From Nitrosomonas europaea (GTDB lineage: Bacteria; Pseudomonadota; Gammaproteobacteria; Burkholderiales; Nitrosomonadaceae), in NCBI RefSeq assembly GCF_900167395.1, contig NZ_FUWK01000027.1, positions 1-32,000 on the forward strand: a stretch of 32,000 nt of DNA, in the 5' to 3' direction. Positions 11,905 to 20,094 of the stretch are shown piece by piece (within the stretch, counting starts at the first letter, position 1; each line of letters opens with the position of its first letter). Below the pieces are notes generated by a model, which worked only from the letters and a program-made list of their open reading frames with translations, had not been told where the DNA came from and did no database searches. The translations under genes and the position numbers were made by a program.

Positions 11905-12018
11905 ATGAAAGTTCGTGCATCAATCAAAAAAATATGTAGGAATTGCAAAATAATAAGGCGGTATGGTGTTGTGCGTGTTATTTGTGTTGATGCTAGGCAT
12001 AAACAACGTCAAGGCTGA
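11905..12018 (+). CDS. rpmJ: 50S ribosomal protein L36 (zinc-binding C-x2-C-x12-C-x4-H form)
   Basis: Not in the ORF track because it is too short. My translation is [37 protein letters not shown], 37 aa, lying between infA and rpsM as expected. Confidence 0.95.
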   Translation: MKVRASIKKICRNCKIIRRYGVVRVICVDARHKQRQG

Positions 12019-12047
12019 ATTTAGTATTTTATGTTAGGGTAGGAAAA

Positions 12048-12407
12048 ATGGCTCGTATAGCAGGTGTTAATTTACCTAGTAACAAGCATGTCAATATAGC
12101 ATTGACAGCAATTTATGGAATAGGGAACACGACAGCTCGTAAAATTTGTTCTGATTTGCAGATTCCACCTTTTATTAAGCTTAAAGATTTGGAAGATATT
12201 AAGCTAGATGAATTAAGAGAATCGGTTTCAAAATTGATTGTTGAGGGGGATCTACGTAGAGAGATCTCGATGAATATCAAAAGATTGATAGACCTTGGCA
12301 GTTATCGGGGATTGAGACATCGTCGTGGTTTGCCGGTACGAGGTCAGAGAACTAAAACCAATGCTCGAACCAGAAAAGGGCCACGTAAAGCGATAGGTGC
12401 AAAGTAA
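12048..12407 (+). CDS. rpsM: 30S ribosomal protein S13
   Basis: Contains [20 protein letters not shown]...[27 protein letters not shown]. Confidence 0.97.
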   Translation: MARIAGVNLPSNKHVNIALTAIYGIGNTTARKICSDLQIPPFIKLKDLEDIKLDELRESVSKLIVEGDLRREISMNIKRLIDLGSYRGLRHRRGLPVRGQRTKTNARTRKGPRKAIGAK

Positions 12408-12447
12408 TAAAAATTGTTTCTAATATACTTCTTAAACAAAGAAATTA

Positions 12448-12837
12448 ATGGTAAAGCCTTCATTAAAAATTCGTAAAAAAGTTAAAAAAAATGTTGTTGA
12501 GGGGGTGGCGCATATTCACGCCTCCTTCAATAACACAATCGTGACTATTTCTGATCGTCAAGGGAATGCTCTTTCTTGGGCAACATCGGGCGGGGTGGGA
12601 TTTAAGGGTTCGCGTAAAAGCACCCCATTTGCAGCACAAGTTGCTGCAGAACATGCAGGCAGGGCAGCGCTGGAATACGGCGTTAAAAATTTGGAGGTAA
12701 GAGTAAAAGGGCCCGGGCCGGGTCGTGACTCTGCTGTACGAGCTCTCAACGCTACAGGTTTTAAAATTACCAGCATAACCGATGTGACACCCATACCTCA
12801 CAATGGATGTAGGCCGCCTAAGAAACGTCGTATCTAA
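12448..12837 (+). CDS. rpsK: 30S ribosomal protein S11
   Basis: Contains [23 protein letters not shown]...[27 protein letters not shown]. Confidence 0.97.
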   Translation: MVKPSLKIRKKVKKNVVEGVAHIHASFNNTIVTISDRQGNALSWATSGGVGFKGSRKSTPFAAQVAAEHAGRAALEYGVKNLEVRVKGPGPGRDSAVRALNATGFKITSITDVTPIPHNGCRPPKKRRI

Positions 12838-12851
12838 GAAGGAGAAAATTT

Positions 12852-13478
12852 GTGGCCAGAAATATAAATCCAAAGTGTCGTCAGTGTCGTCGTGAAGGTG
12901 AAAAGCTGTTTCTCAAGGGGGATAAGTGTTTTAGTGATAAGTGCCCCATAGAACGAAGGAATTATCCACCTGGGCAACATGGACAAAAGAAGGTAAGGTT
13001 GTCTGATTACGCAGTGCAGCTCAGGGAAAAGCAGAAAATAAGAAGAATTTATGGACTGCTTGAGAACCAGTTCCGTAATGTTTATAAGCGAGCTGATAAA
13101 CAAAAAGGTGTTACAGGTGACAATTTATTACAGCTTCTGGAAAGCCGTCTTGATAATGTCGCCTATAATATGGGATTTGGATCTTCCAGATCAGAAGCAA
13201 GGCAGATAGTAAGGCATAACTGCGTTCTATTGAACGGAAAAAGAGCAAATATCCCATCTCATTTAGTTGAGCCTGGTGATCTTATTGAAATTGCTGAACA
13301 TGCAAAGAGCTATTTGAGAATCAAAGCTTCTATCGAAGCAGCCAAACGTCGTAGCATTCCATCTTGGCTGGAGGTGGATTTTGATAACCTCAAGGGCCTT
13401 TATAAGAGTAAGCCTGAGCGTAGTGATTTATCTTCGACAATTAACGAATCTTTAGTTGTGGAACTTTATTCCAAGTAG
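12852..13478 (+). CDS. rpsD: 30S ribosomal protein S4 (four-Cys N-terminal form)
   Basis: GTG start 8 nt after AAGGAG. Contains [55 protein letters not shown]...[10 protein letters not shown]. Confidence 0.96.
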   Translation: MARNINPKCRQCRREGEKLFLKGDKCFSDKCPIERRNYPPGQHGQKKVRLSDYAVQLREKQKIRRIYGLLENQFRNVYKRADKQKGVTGDNLLQLLESRLDNVAYNMGFGSSRSEARQIVRHNCVLLNGKRANIPSHLVEPGDLIEIAEHAKSYLRIKASIEAAKRRSIPSWLEVDFDNLKGLYKSKPERSDLSSTINESLVVELYSK

Positions 13479-13507
13479 TTGGCACTTTTTTATATATTGG
13501 CGTATTT

Positions 13508-14518
13508 ATGTCATCGAATAGTTTTCTGACACCTAGGATTGTAGAGGTACATAATATTTCACCTTTGCATGCGAAGGTCGTAATGGAGCCTTTTGAGCAT
13601 GGTTTTGGCTATACTTTGGGTAATGCGTTGCGAAGAGTATTGCTATCTTCCATTCCTGGTTGTGCACCAACCAAAGTCAGCATTAGCGGAGTAGTTCATG
13701 AATATTCAACAATAGATGGTTTACAAGAGGATGTTGTTGATCTGATACTGAACTTGAAAGGGGTGGTTCTTAAACTTCACAATAATAAGACTCAGTCAGT
13801 TCTTACCCTGAAGAAAAGTTCGGAAGGTATTGTCACAGCGGGTGATATTGAAGCTACTCATGATGTAGAAATAGTAAACCCTGATCATGTGATTGCTCAT
13901 ATTACCAGTGGCGGTAAAATTGAGGCTCAAATTACTGTTGAAAAGGGGAGGGGTTATTGGCCTTCTGCTAATCGCAGTAAAGAGGATAAAAGTTCTTCTT
14001 CGATTGGGGATATTCTGTTAGATGCTTCTTTCAGTCCGATCAGACGTGTAAGTTACGCTGTGGAAAGTGCTCGTGTTGAACAAAGAACTGATCTAGATAA
14101 GCTGATTATCGACATAGAGACAAATGGTTCGGTAGATCCTGAAGAAGCGATACGGTATGCGGCCAAGGTCTTGGTTGAGCAGTTTTCTTTCTTCGCAGAC
14201 CTTGAAAGTACACCGCTGCCGACAGAACAGCCAAAAGCACCTGTCATCGACCCTATACTATTACGTCCAGTTGATGATTTGGAACTTACAGTACGTTCTG
14301 CAAACTGTTTGAAAGTCGAGAATATTTTTTATATTGGTGATTTGATTCAACGAACTGAGGCAGAGCTACTTCGTACTCCTAATTTGGGAAGGAAGTCACT
14401 TAATGAAATTAAAGAAGTTCTTGCTTCTCGTGATTTATCCTTGGGTATGAAATTAGAAAATTGGCCACCAGCTAATTTGGAAAACTATATAAAGGAACCC
14501 GGTCATGCGTCATCGTAA
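13508..14518 (+). CDS. rpoA: DNA-directed RNA polymerase alpha subunit
   Basis: 336 aa with [33 protein letters not shown], and the alpha-[50 protein letters not shown]. Confidence 0.98.
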   Translation: MSSNSFLTPRIVEVHNISPLHAKVVMEPFEHGFGYTLGNALRRVLLSSIPGCAPTKVSISGVVHEYSTIDGLQEDVVDLILNLKGVVLKLHNNKTQSVLTLKKSSEGIVTAGDIEATHDVEIVNPDHVIAHITSGGKIEAQITVEKGRGYWPSANRSKEDKSSSSIGDILLDASFSPIRRVSYAVESARVEQRTDLDKLIIDIETNGSVDPEEAIRYAAKVLVEQFSFFADLESTPLPTEQPKAPVIDPILLRPVDDLELTVRSANCLKVENIFYIGDLIQRTEAELLRTPNLGRKSLNEIKEVLASRDLSLGMKLENWPPANLENYIKEPGHASS

Positions 14519-14897
14519 TGGTTTACGGAAGTTAAACCGTACTTCAAGCCATCGGTTGGCTATGTTCAGGAATCTTACAAATTCATTACTTGAACATGAA
14601 ATTATTAAAACTACGCTTCCAAAAGCTAAAGAACTTCGACGTGTCGTTGAACCGGTGATTACTTTGGGTAAGAATCCCTCGCTTGCAGGCAAGCGCTTGG
14701 CGTTTGACAGACTGAGAAATAGAGATAATGTAATTAAGATATTCTCTGAGTTGGGGCCTCGCTACCAAAACCGGAATGGAGGCTATATAAGGATCCTAAA
14801 GTGTGGTTTCAGGAGAGGTGATAATGCCCCAATGGCTATCGTAGAATTGTTGGATAGACCTGAAGCTGGCATCATTTCTAATGATTCAGCAGATTAA
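14505..14897 (+). CDS. rplQ: 50S ribosomal protein L17
   Basis: [22 protein letters not shown].....[22 protein letters not shown]. Its start overlaps the last 14 nt of rpoA. Confidence 0.97.
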   Translation: MRHRNGLRKLNRTSSHRLAMFRNLTNSLLEHEIIKTTLPKAKELRRVVEPVITLGKNPSLAGKRLAFDRLRNRDNVIKIFSELGPRYQNRNGGYIRILKCGFRRGDNAPMAIVELLDRPEAGIISNDSAD

Positions 14898-14972
14898 GTA
14901 ATTATCTTCTCATTTAGAATCTGTTTGGACCTGCTTCTTTATACGTAGTTAACCAAGTTGCCGGATAAATCG

Positions 14973-15016
14973 CCCCAGTTCAGAATTTTTGATAAATGAT
15001 GAGTTGGGGTGTTTTT
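14973..15016 (+). terminator. Candidate intrinsic terminator of the alpha operon
   Basis: CCCCAGTTCA (14973-14982) pairs with TGAGTTGGGG (15000-15009), giving 10 bp including 2 G-U pairs and a 17-nt loop. It is followed by GTTTTT (15011-15016), about 75 nt after the rplQ stop. Confidence 0.45.
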
Positions 15017-15051
15017 AATTTCTACAATTGAAATTCAGTAATAAAATATTT

Positions 15052-15080
15052 TTGCTAGAAGTCAGCAATTAATATAAATA
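15052..15080 (+). promoter_or_regulatory. Candidate sigma70 promoter for tRNA-Thr
   Basis: TTGCTA (15052-15057), then TATAAA (15073-15078, 15-nt spacer) or TAAATA (15075-15080, 17-nt spacer). A GC-rich CCCGCG discriminator follows just before the tRNA 5' end. Hand-matched to the consensus only. Confidence 0.3.
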
Positions 15081-15090
15081 TTTCCCGCGA

Positions 15091-15166
15091 GCCGCAGTAA
15101 CTCAGTTGGTAGAGTAGCTGATTCGTAATCAGCAAGTCGGAGGTTCGACTCCTCTCTGCGGCACCA
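15091..15166 (+). tRNA. tRNA-Thr (anticodon CGT/CGU), 76 nt with encoded CCA
   Basis: Hand-folded cloverleaf. Acceptor GCCGCAG/CTGCGGC, D stem ACTC/GAGT with AGTTGGTA loop, anticodon stem GCTGA/TCAGC with loop TTCGTAA, variable AAGTC, T arm GGAGG-TTCGACT-CCTCT, discriminator A plus CCA. Confidence 0.92.
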
Positions 15167-15231
15167 AAATACCGCATCGATATTGCTACAATACTTTTAA
15201 CCAGGGCTACAGTAACTCTCTCTGGTAACCT

Positions 15232-15543
15232 CTATTTTTGCCCCTTTGTAAGACGATCTGATTTCAGTCTGCGCTTTTCTTTTGGATCGATAACGAGAGG
15301 CCTGTATATTTCGATACGGTCATTCTGATGGAGGATTGTTTCCGGGTCGGTGATTTTCCCATGGATCCCTGTTTTGAGTGCGGTACTATCACTTCCAGGA
15401 TAGAAATTCTCTACGCCGGAAAGTTTGATTGCCTGGTACATTGAAGTACCCATTGGAACTTGAAGTCGCCTGAGGAATTGTCGTTGAGGAAGTGCAAAGG
15501 CGACTTCTATGGTGATTGATTCCTTCCTAGATGCTGGGACCAT
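15232..15543 (-). CDS. rnfH: RnfH/RatB family ubiquitin-like small protein (UPF0125)
   Basis: 103 aa with I.IEVAFALPQRQFL...DRIEIYRPL..DPKE.RR, similar to E. coli YfjF/RatB. 17-nt overlap with the upstream ratA. Confidence 0.85.
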   Translation of the reverse strand: MVPASRKESITIEVAFALPQRQFLRRLQVPMGTSMYQAIKLSGVENFYPGSDSTALKTGIHGKITDPETILHQNDRIEIYRPLVIDPKEKRRLKSDRLTKGQK

Positions 15544-15970
15544 AAATTTTTTCTGCTTGTTCTACAAAGGCTTCTACAAAATTATTAGCAATGACATAAA
15601 ATACCGGGCCAACCAGTTTCTCAAGCAATTTATGTGAGAATGTGTAATGTAATTGGAACTCGATCTTACAGGCATTCTCCGACAAAGGGATAAATCGCCA
15701 ATAGCCGTTCAGTTTTTCGAAGGGTCCTTCCACGAGTTCCATTTTGATCAGTTCGGGCGGATGGCGTGTGTTCTTTGTGGTAAAGCTATGCTTGATGTGA
15801 TGATAATCAATATGAACGGTTGCCTGTGCCGTTTCATTATCTTCCATAAGCTTCATTGAAGCACCTGAACACCACGGTAGAAAATCCGGATAGTTTTCTA
15901 CCGTATCCACCAGACGAAACATCTGACTCGCTGAATAACCTACCAGTACTGTTTTTTCTATTTCAGCCAT
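15527..15970 (-). CDS. ratA: SRPBCC-fold RatA/YfjG (CoQ10-like, ribosome-association toxin family) protein
   Basis: 147 aa with V.YSA.QMF.LV.DVE.YP.FLPWC. The conserved ratA-rnfH pair is divergent from smpB, as in E. coli. Confidence 0.85.
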   Translation of the reverse strand: MAEIEKTVLVGYSASQMFRLVDTVENYPDFLPWCSGASMKLMEDNETAQATVHIDYHHIKHSFTTKNTRHPPELIKMELVEGPFEKLNGYWRFIPLSENACKIEFQLHYTFSHKLLEKLVGPVFYVIANNFVEAFVEQAEKIYGPSI

Positions 15971-16065
15971 AACGCCATATTCCCTTATTCAGGGCGTAAG
16001 GATACTAAAAACTGATACACTAAACGAAAATTTTTCATAAGCAAATTTTCTTTCCGTTGTACTCG

Positions 16066-16521
16066 ATGAGCATTGTGCAAAATAAAAAAGCTTTTCACGA
16101 TTATTTTATCGAGGAAAAGTATGAGGCCGGCATTGTGCTTGAAGGATGGGAGGTTAAAGCAATCCGCGCTGGACGAGCTCAGTTGAAAGAAGCCTATATA
16201 CTGATCCGCAAAGGTGAGTTGTTTCTTATCGGGAGCCATATAAGTCCATTAGCAACGGCGTCAACTCATGTAAATCCTGATCCGGTTAAAACGCGCAAAC
16301 TGTTGTTGCATGCATCACAAATAAGAGAGCTCATCGGTAAGGTGGAACGTGCCGGATATACCCTGATTCCGCTAGATATGCATTATAAATCAGGTAGAAT
16401 CAAGCTGGAAATTGGCCTCGCGCGAGGCAAAAAACAATACGACAAACGCGAAACTGAAAAACGTAAGGAATGGGAGCGTGACAAGCAGCGTTTGTTGCGT
16501 ATACGACGCTCCTCTGATTGA
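16066..16521 (+). CDS. smpB: SsrA(tmRNA)-binding protein SmpB
   Basis: Contains [41 protein letters not shown] chose the ATG at 16066 over the TTG at 16057. Confidence 0.95.
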
Positions 16522-16526
16522 TATTT

Positions 16527-17597
16527 ATGCAAACAAGTTCATATCACTCCGTAACTTCTGTAATTTTCGATAAGAATACTCAAAACCATACTTCCATTGC
16601 GATTTGGCTGCTGATTTGCTGTGCGCTGGTATTTGCCATGGTCGTTGTTGGGGGGGTAACACGTCTGACAGGTTCCGGGTTGTCTATCGTTGAGTGGAAA
16701 CCCATAGTAGGAACTATCCCGCCCATCAGTCAGGGAGACTGGGAGATTCTGCTGGAAAAATATCGTCAGATTCCGCAGTATGAGCAGATTAACAAAGGCA
16801 TGACGCTGGATGAATTCAAGGGCATATTCTGGTGGGAGTATTTTCACCGTTTACTTGGTCGTCTGATCGGTTTGGTTTATTTCGTCCCGTTTGTCTATTT
16901 CATGGTGCGCAAGCGCGTTGATCGTGTGCTTGGTACCAAGCTGCTGGGTATATTTGTACTGGGTGGCCTGCAGGGTTTAATGGGCTGGTACATGGTCATG
17001 AGTGGATTAGCGGATAATGTCTATGTCAGTCAATACCGGTTGACCGCACACCTTGGTCTTGCCTTCATTATTTATGCAGCCATGTTCTGGGTGGCAACCG
17101 GCCTACTCTCTCCAGTGAATACGCATTCAGCAGATCCTGCATCTGTGCGCAAGCTCGGACGATTTGCCAGGATACTGACCGGACTGATATTTTTTATGGT
17201 GTTGTCCGGCGGACTGGTAGCAGGGATTCACGCCGGGAAAGCGTACAATACATTTCCCCTGATGGATGGTTTTTTTATTCCTCCTGCCTTATTCGTACTG
17301 GAGCCCTGGTACCGGAACTTCTTCGATAATATTACTACGGTACAGTTTGATCATCGTATGATCGCCTGGCTGCTGATGTTTACTATTCCATTATTCTGGT
17401 TCAAAGCAAGACAATTATCTTTATCGTGGTCTGGTCGGCTAGCCTGTCATCTGCTGCTGATTATGCTATGTACTCAAGTTGCACTGGGGATCACCACACT
17501 GTTGCTGTCGGTTCCGCTGACATTTGCTGCAGCACATCAGGCAGGCGCCGTATTGCTGTTCACCGCTGCATTATGGGTCTGTCGCAAGCTGAGCTGA
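16527..17597 (+). CDS. ctaA: COX15/CtaA family haem A synthase (polytopic membrane protein)
   Basis: Contains [26 protein letters not shown], and multiple hydrophobic segments with conserved His. The ATG at 16527 is 5 nt after the smpB stop. Confidence 0.85.
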
Positions 17598-17693
17598 CTC
17601 AGTCTGTTTTCTGGTCAGCCTGGTAGCGATACGCCTATTCCAATATATGAAATTTCAGAGTGAAACAAATAACCAGCATAAGGGGATGTGCTG

Positions 17694-18107
17694 ATGGAAG
17701 GATCAGTACCAGGTTTCTGGCGTCGTATGCTGGCATTGGCTTATGAGTCCTTACTGTTACTAGGAGTATGGTTCATCGCTGCCTTCCTGTTTCATCTCCT
17801 TTTTCGAGATCCCACAGCCGAATACTTCAGGCCGCTGTTCCAGTTTTACCTGTTAATTGTCGGTGGTATTTACTTTATCTGGTTCTGGACACACAGTGGC
17901 CAGACTCTGGCCATGCAGACCTGGAAATTACGCCTTGTTTCTGCAAATAATGGAAAAGTCACTACACAGCAGGCCATGGTTCGTTACCTGATGGCAGTAA
18001 TAGGCATCAGTTTTCTGGGGTTTGGGCTATTATGGGCTTTGTTTGATCGTAATCGGCAATTCCTGCACGACAGGGTGGCTGGTACACGGATCATAAGACT
18101 TGGATGA
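17694..18107 (+). CDS. RDD family membrane protein
   Basis: Small membrane protein with WRR..A...D/E...L N-terminal segment, GQT.G....L.L and the C-terminal HDR.AGT.I motif typical of the RDD domain. The ATG at 17694 is 7 nt after GGGGA. Confidence 0.7.
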   Translation: MEGSVPGFWRRMLALAYESLLLLGVWFIAAFLFHLLFRDPTAEYFRPLFQFYLLIVGGIYFIWFWTHSGQTLAMQTWKLRLVSANNGKVTTQQAMVRYLMAVIGISFLGFGLLWALFDRNRQFLHDRVAGTRIIRLG

Positions 18108-18178
18108 ATGTAGAAGTGATGGCTGCTTCCATTATTGTGGTGTCAAGGTATACCAATTCTCGCAGCTGTAAAACAAGC

Positions 18179-18207
18179 TGTATTCAAGCGGCCGCTTGAG
18201 GTAGAAT
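18179..18207 (+). promoter_or_regulatory. Candidate promoter of ffs
   Basis: TAGAAT (18202-18207) lies 8 nt upstream of the predicted SRP RNA 5' end. The -35 at 17-nt spacing is poor (TGTATT). The 12-nt palindrome AAGCGGCCGCTT lies in the spacer. Confidence 0.35.
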
Positions 18208-18215
18208 GAGCGCTT

Positions 18216-18315
18216 GGCGGGCCTCCCCGCATTGTGAGGTAGTGAATCTGGTCAGATCCGGAAGGAAGCAGCCACAGCTATTTTTCGCAAGTGCCGGGGG
18301 TTCGGCTCGCCACCC
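18216..18315 (+). ncRNA. ffs: Signal recognition particle RNA (4.5S-type, small bacterial SRP RNA)
   Basis: CTGGTCAGATCCGGAAGGAAGCAGCCACAGC matches the universally conserved domain IV (E. coli CAGGTCAGGTCCGGAAGGAAGCAGCCAAGGC). The ends pair (GGCGGGCC with GGCTCGCC; CCCCGCA with TGCCGGGG) and the 3' end is ACCC as in E. coli 4.5S. Ends are accurate to a few nt. Confidence 0.9.
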
Positions 18316-18500
18316 GTATTATTCCATTTCTAAATCAAAACTAACTTTGTCGGCTTCGCCTAGCCGTATTATTTATACTGTCTGCGGCTCGCCTTCGTGT
18401 CATTTTTGATTTGGGAATGGAATTAGTACAATTGCAGATTTGTTTCCCGGCAGTTTCGCCATCATCCTGATCGCAATAATCATCTTTTCGATAGAAAACC

Positions 18501-20078
18501 TTGACGGATTCTCAGGTACTTGCCCGCAAGTGGCGTCCCAAAGATTTTTCGGAGCTGGTCGGACAAGAACATGTTGTCAGAGCGCTGATCAACTCGATGG
18601 AACAGAACCGGCTGCATCACGCCTATCTGTTTACGGGTACACGCGGAGTCGGCAAAACAACAGTAGCCAGAATACTGGCGAAGGCATTGAATTGTGAGCA
18701 GGGGGTTACGGCTGCACCTTGCGGGAAATGTGCAGCCTGTATGGCGATCGACCAGGGAAATTTCATTGATCTGATCGAGCTGGATGCAGCCTCCAATACT
18801 CAAGTGGATGCCATGCGGGAACTGCTGGATAATGCGCAATATGCACCGGTTGCCGCACGCTATAAGGTCTATCTGATCGACGAGGTCCACATGCTTTCCA
18901 GATCGGCATTCAATGCAATGCTTAAAACACTGGAAGAGCCGCCGGAACACGTCAAATTCATTCTTGCAACTACCGATCCCCAGAAGATTCCCGTGACCGT
19001 GTTGTCACGCTGTCTGCAATTCAATCTGAAGCAGATACCTCCTTCCCTGATTGTGGAGCGCCTGACCGAGATTCTTTCCATGGAAGGGATTCCTGCGGAT
19101 GCTGCTGGCTTGAGATTGCTGGCACAGGCTGCAAAAGGCAGTCTGCGTGATGCGTTGAGTTTGCTCGATCAGGCTATTGCATTCGGTAATAGCGTAGTGA
19201 ATGAATCAGATACCCGTGCGATGCTGGGAGTGCTGGATCAGGATCATATATTTGCATTGCTGGAAGCACTGGCAGAGCAGAATGGCGCAGCGATATTTGC
19301 CATTGCAGATCAGCTGGAAGCAGCAAGTGTATCGTTCGACCAGGCTTTGCAGGATCTGGCAGCGTTGCTTCATCGTCTGGCAACAGCACAGGTCATCCCA
19401 CAGATGCTCGATGAAACACAGCCGGACGGTGACAGACTGCTTGCACTGACAAAACGGTTCAGTCCCGAGGATATCCAATTGTTTTATCAGATTGTACTGC
19501 ACGGGCGCACCGATCTCGCCCATGCGCCGGACGAATACAGTGGCTTTACCATGACACTGATGCGGATGCTGGCTTTTATGCCGGATTCCCGGCAACCTGG
19601 CAGAGCCTATGCAGATACCGGTACGGATCACGCGCGTGAAGTGAAAGTTGAAGCACCGTCCTGCCCCCGGGAGGCGAAGCCAGTGTCAGATCAATCTCCA
19701 AATGAAGCCTGGCTTGCGCTGGTGAACCAGCTCAAACTGAGCGGGATGACGCGAATGCTGGCGCAATACAGTGAGGCAAAATCTTTCTCAGAAAGCAGAA
19801 TCGAGTTGTATGTTGCAGAAATGCATAAACATCTGCTGGAAAAATCCTACCAGGACAGATTGAGATCTCAGCTCGAAATTCACTTTGGCAAACCAGTCGA
19901 AGTGATTTTTTCCCAGGGTAGTATTACTGGTGTGACTTCGGCTGCGCTGCAGGATCGTGACAAACTTGCCAGGCAATCCAAGGCAGTTGAAGCGATTGAA
20001 TCAGATCCCTACGTGCAGGAGCTGATCGAACAGTTCGATGCCAGATTAAATGTTTCTTCCATTAAACCGATCGACTAA
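18501..20078 (+). CDS. dnaX: DNA polymerase III subunit gamma/tau
   Basis: (M)[24 protein letters not shown], Walker [10 protein letters not shown], zinc module C..C......C..C, SRC motif LSRC. TTG start is forced because an in-frame TAG lies at 18492-18494. Confidence 0.95.
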   Translation: MTDSQVLARKWRPKDFSELVGQEHVVRALINSMEQNRLHHAYLFTGTRGVGKTTVARILAKALNCEQGVTAAPCGKCAACMAIDQGNFIDLIELDAASNTQVDAMRELLDNAQYAPVAARYKVYLIDEVHMLSRSAFNAMLKTLEEPPEHVKFILATTDPQKIPVTVLSRCLQFNLKQIPPSLIVERLTEILSMEGIPADAAGLRLLAQAAKGSLRDALSLLDQAIAFGNSVVNESDTRAMLGVLDQDHIFALLEALAEQNGAAIFAIADQLEAASVSFDQALQDLAALLHRLATAQVIPQMLDETQPDGDRLLALTKRFSPEDIQLFYQIVLHGRTDLAHAPDEYSGFTMTLMRMLAFMPDSRQPGRAYADTGTDHAREVKVEAPSCPREAKPVSDQSPNEAWLALVNQLKLSGMTRMLAQYSEAKSFSESRIELYVAEMHKHLLEKSYQDRLRSQLEIHFGKPVEVIFSQGSITGVTSAALQDRDKLARQSKAVEAIESDPYVQELIEQFDARLNVSSIKPID

Positions 20079-20094
20079 CGGAGATTTTAAATTG

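Noticed and set aside
12463-12873. 136-aa and 78-aa antisense ORFs within rpsK
   Set aside because: They are a by-product of the locally higher GC (fewer stops) opposite a highly conserved S11 gene, with no independent support.
14505-14518. rpoA/rplQ 14-nt overlap and rplO/secY 11-nt overlap as signs of a frameshift or pseudogene
   Set aside because: All four proteins are full-length, with conserved N- and C-termini. The overlaps are simply compact operon junctions.
919-15090. Translational selection on highly expressed genes as the sole cause of the low GC
   Set aside because: The adjacent tuf gene, which is at least as highly expressed, has GC3 of about 48% against about 25% in rplW and rplB. 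Amino-acid usage, not only synonymous sites, is shifted. This needs confirmation with other highly expressed genes outside the window.
919-15231. Classical tRNA-targeted integrative genomic island as the explanation of the AT-rich block
   Set aside because: There is no integrase, transposase, IS or phage gene, and no repeat of the tRNA 3' end at the left junction. The block lies on the 5' side of the tRNA and contains only core genes in canonical order continuing the tuf synteny. Homologous replacement or an assembly chimera is more plausible.
18206-18409. 67-aa + strand ORF
   Set aside because: It lies over the SRP RNA gene (conserved domain IV sequence and terminal helix). Its translation is low-complexity with no RBS.
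18480-18950. 156-aa antisense ORF over the dnaX 5' region; similar antisense ORFs occur at 22228-22716 (tadA), 27843-28295 (pepA) and 19206-19631 (dnaX)
   Set aside because: All lie opposite well-supported genes in the ~53% GC part, where stop-free antisense frames are common. None has motifs or an RBS.
18501-20078. Programmed frameshift or slippage site for a gamma subunit in dnaX
   Set aside because: I scanned by eye for A AAA AAG or runs of 7 or more A and saw none. This does not exclude other mechanisms.
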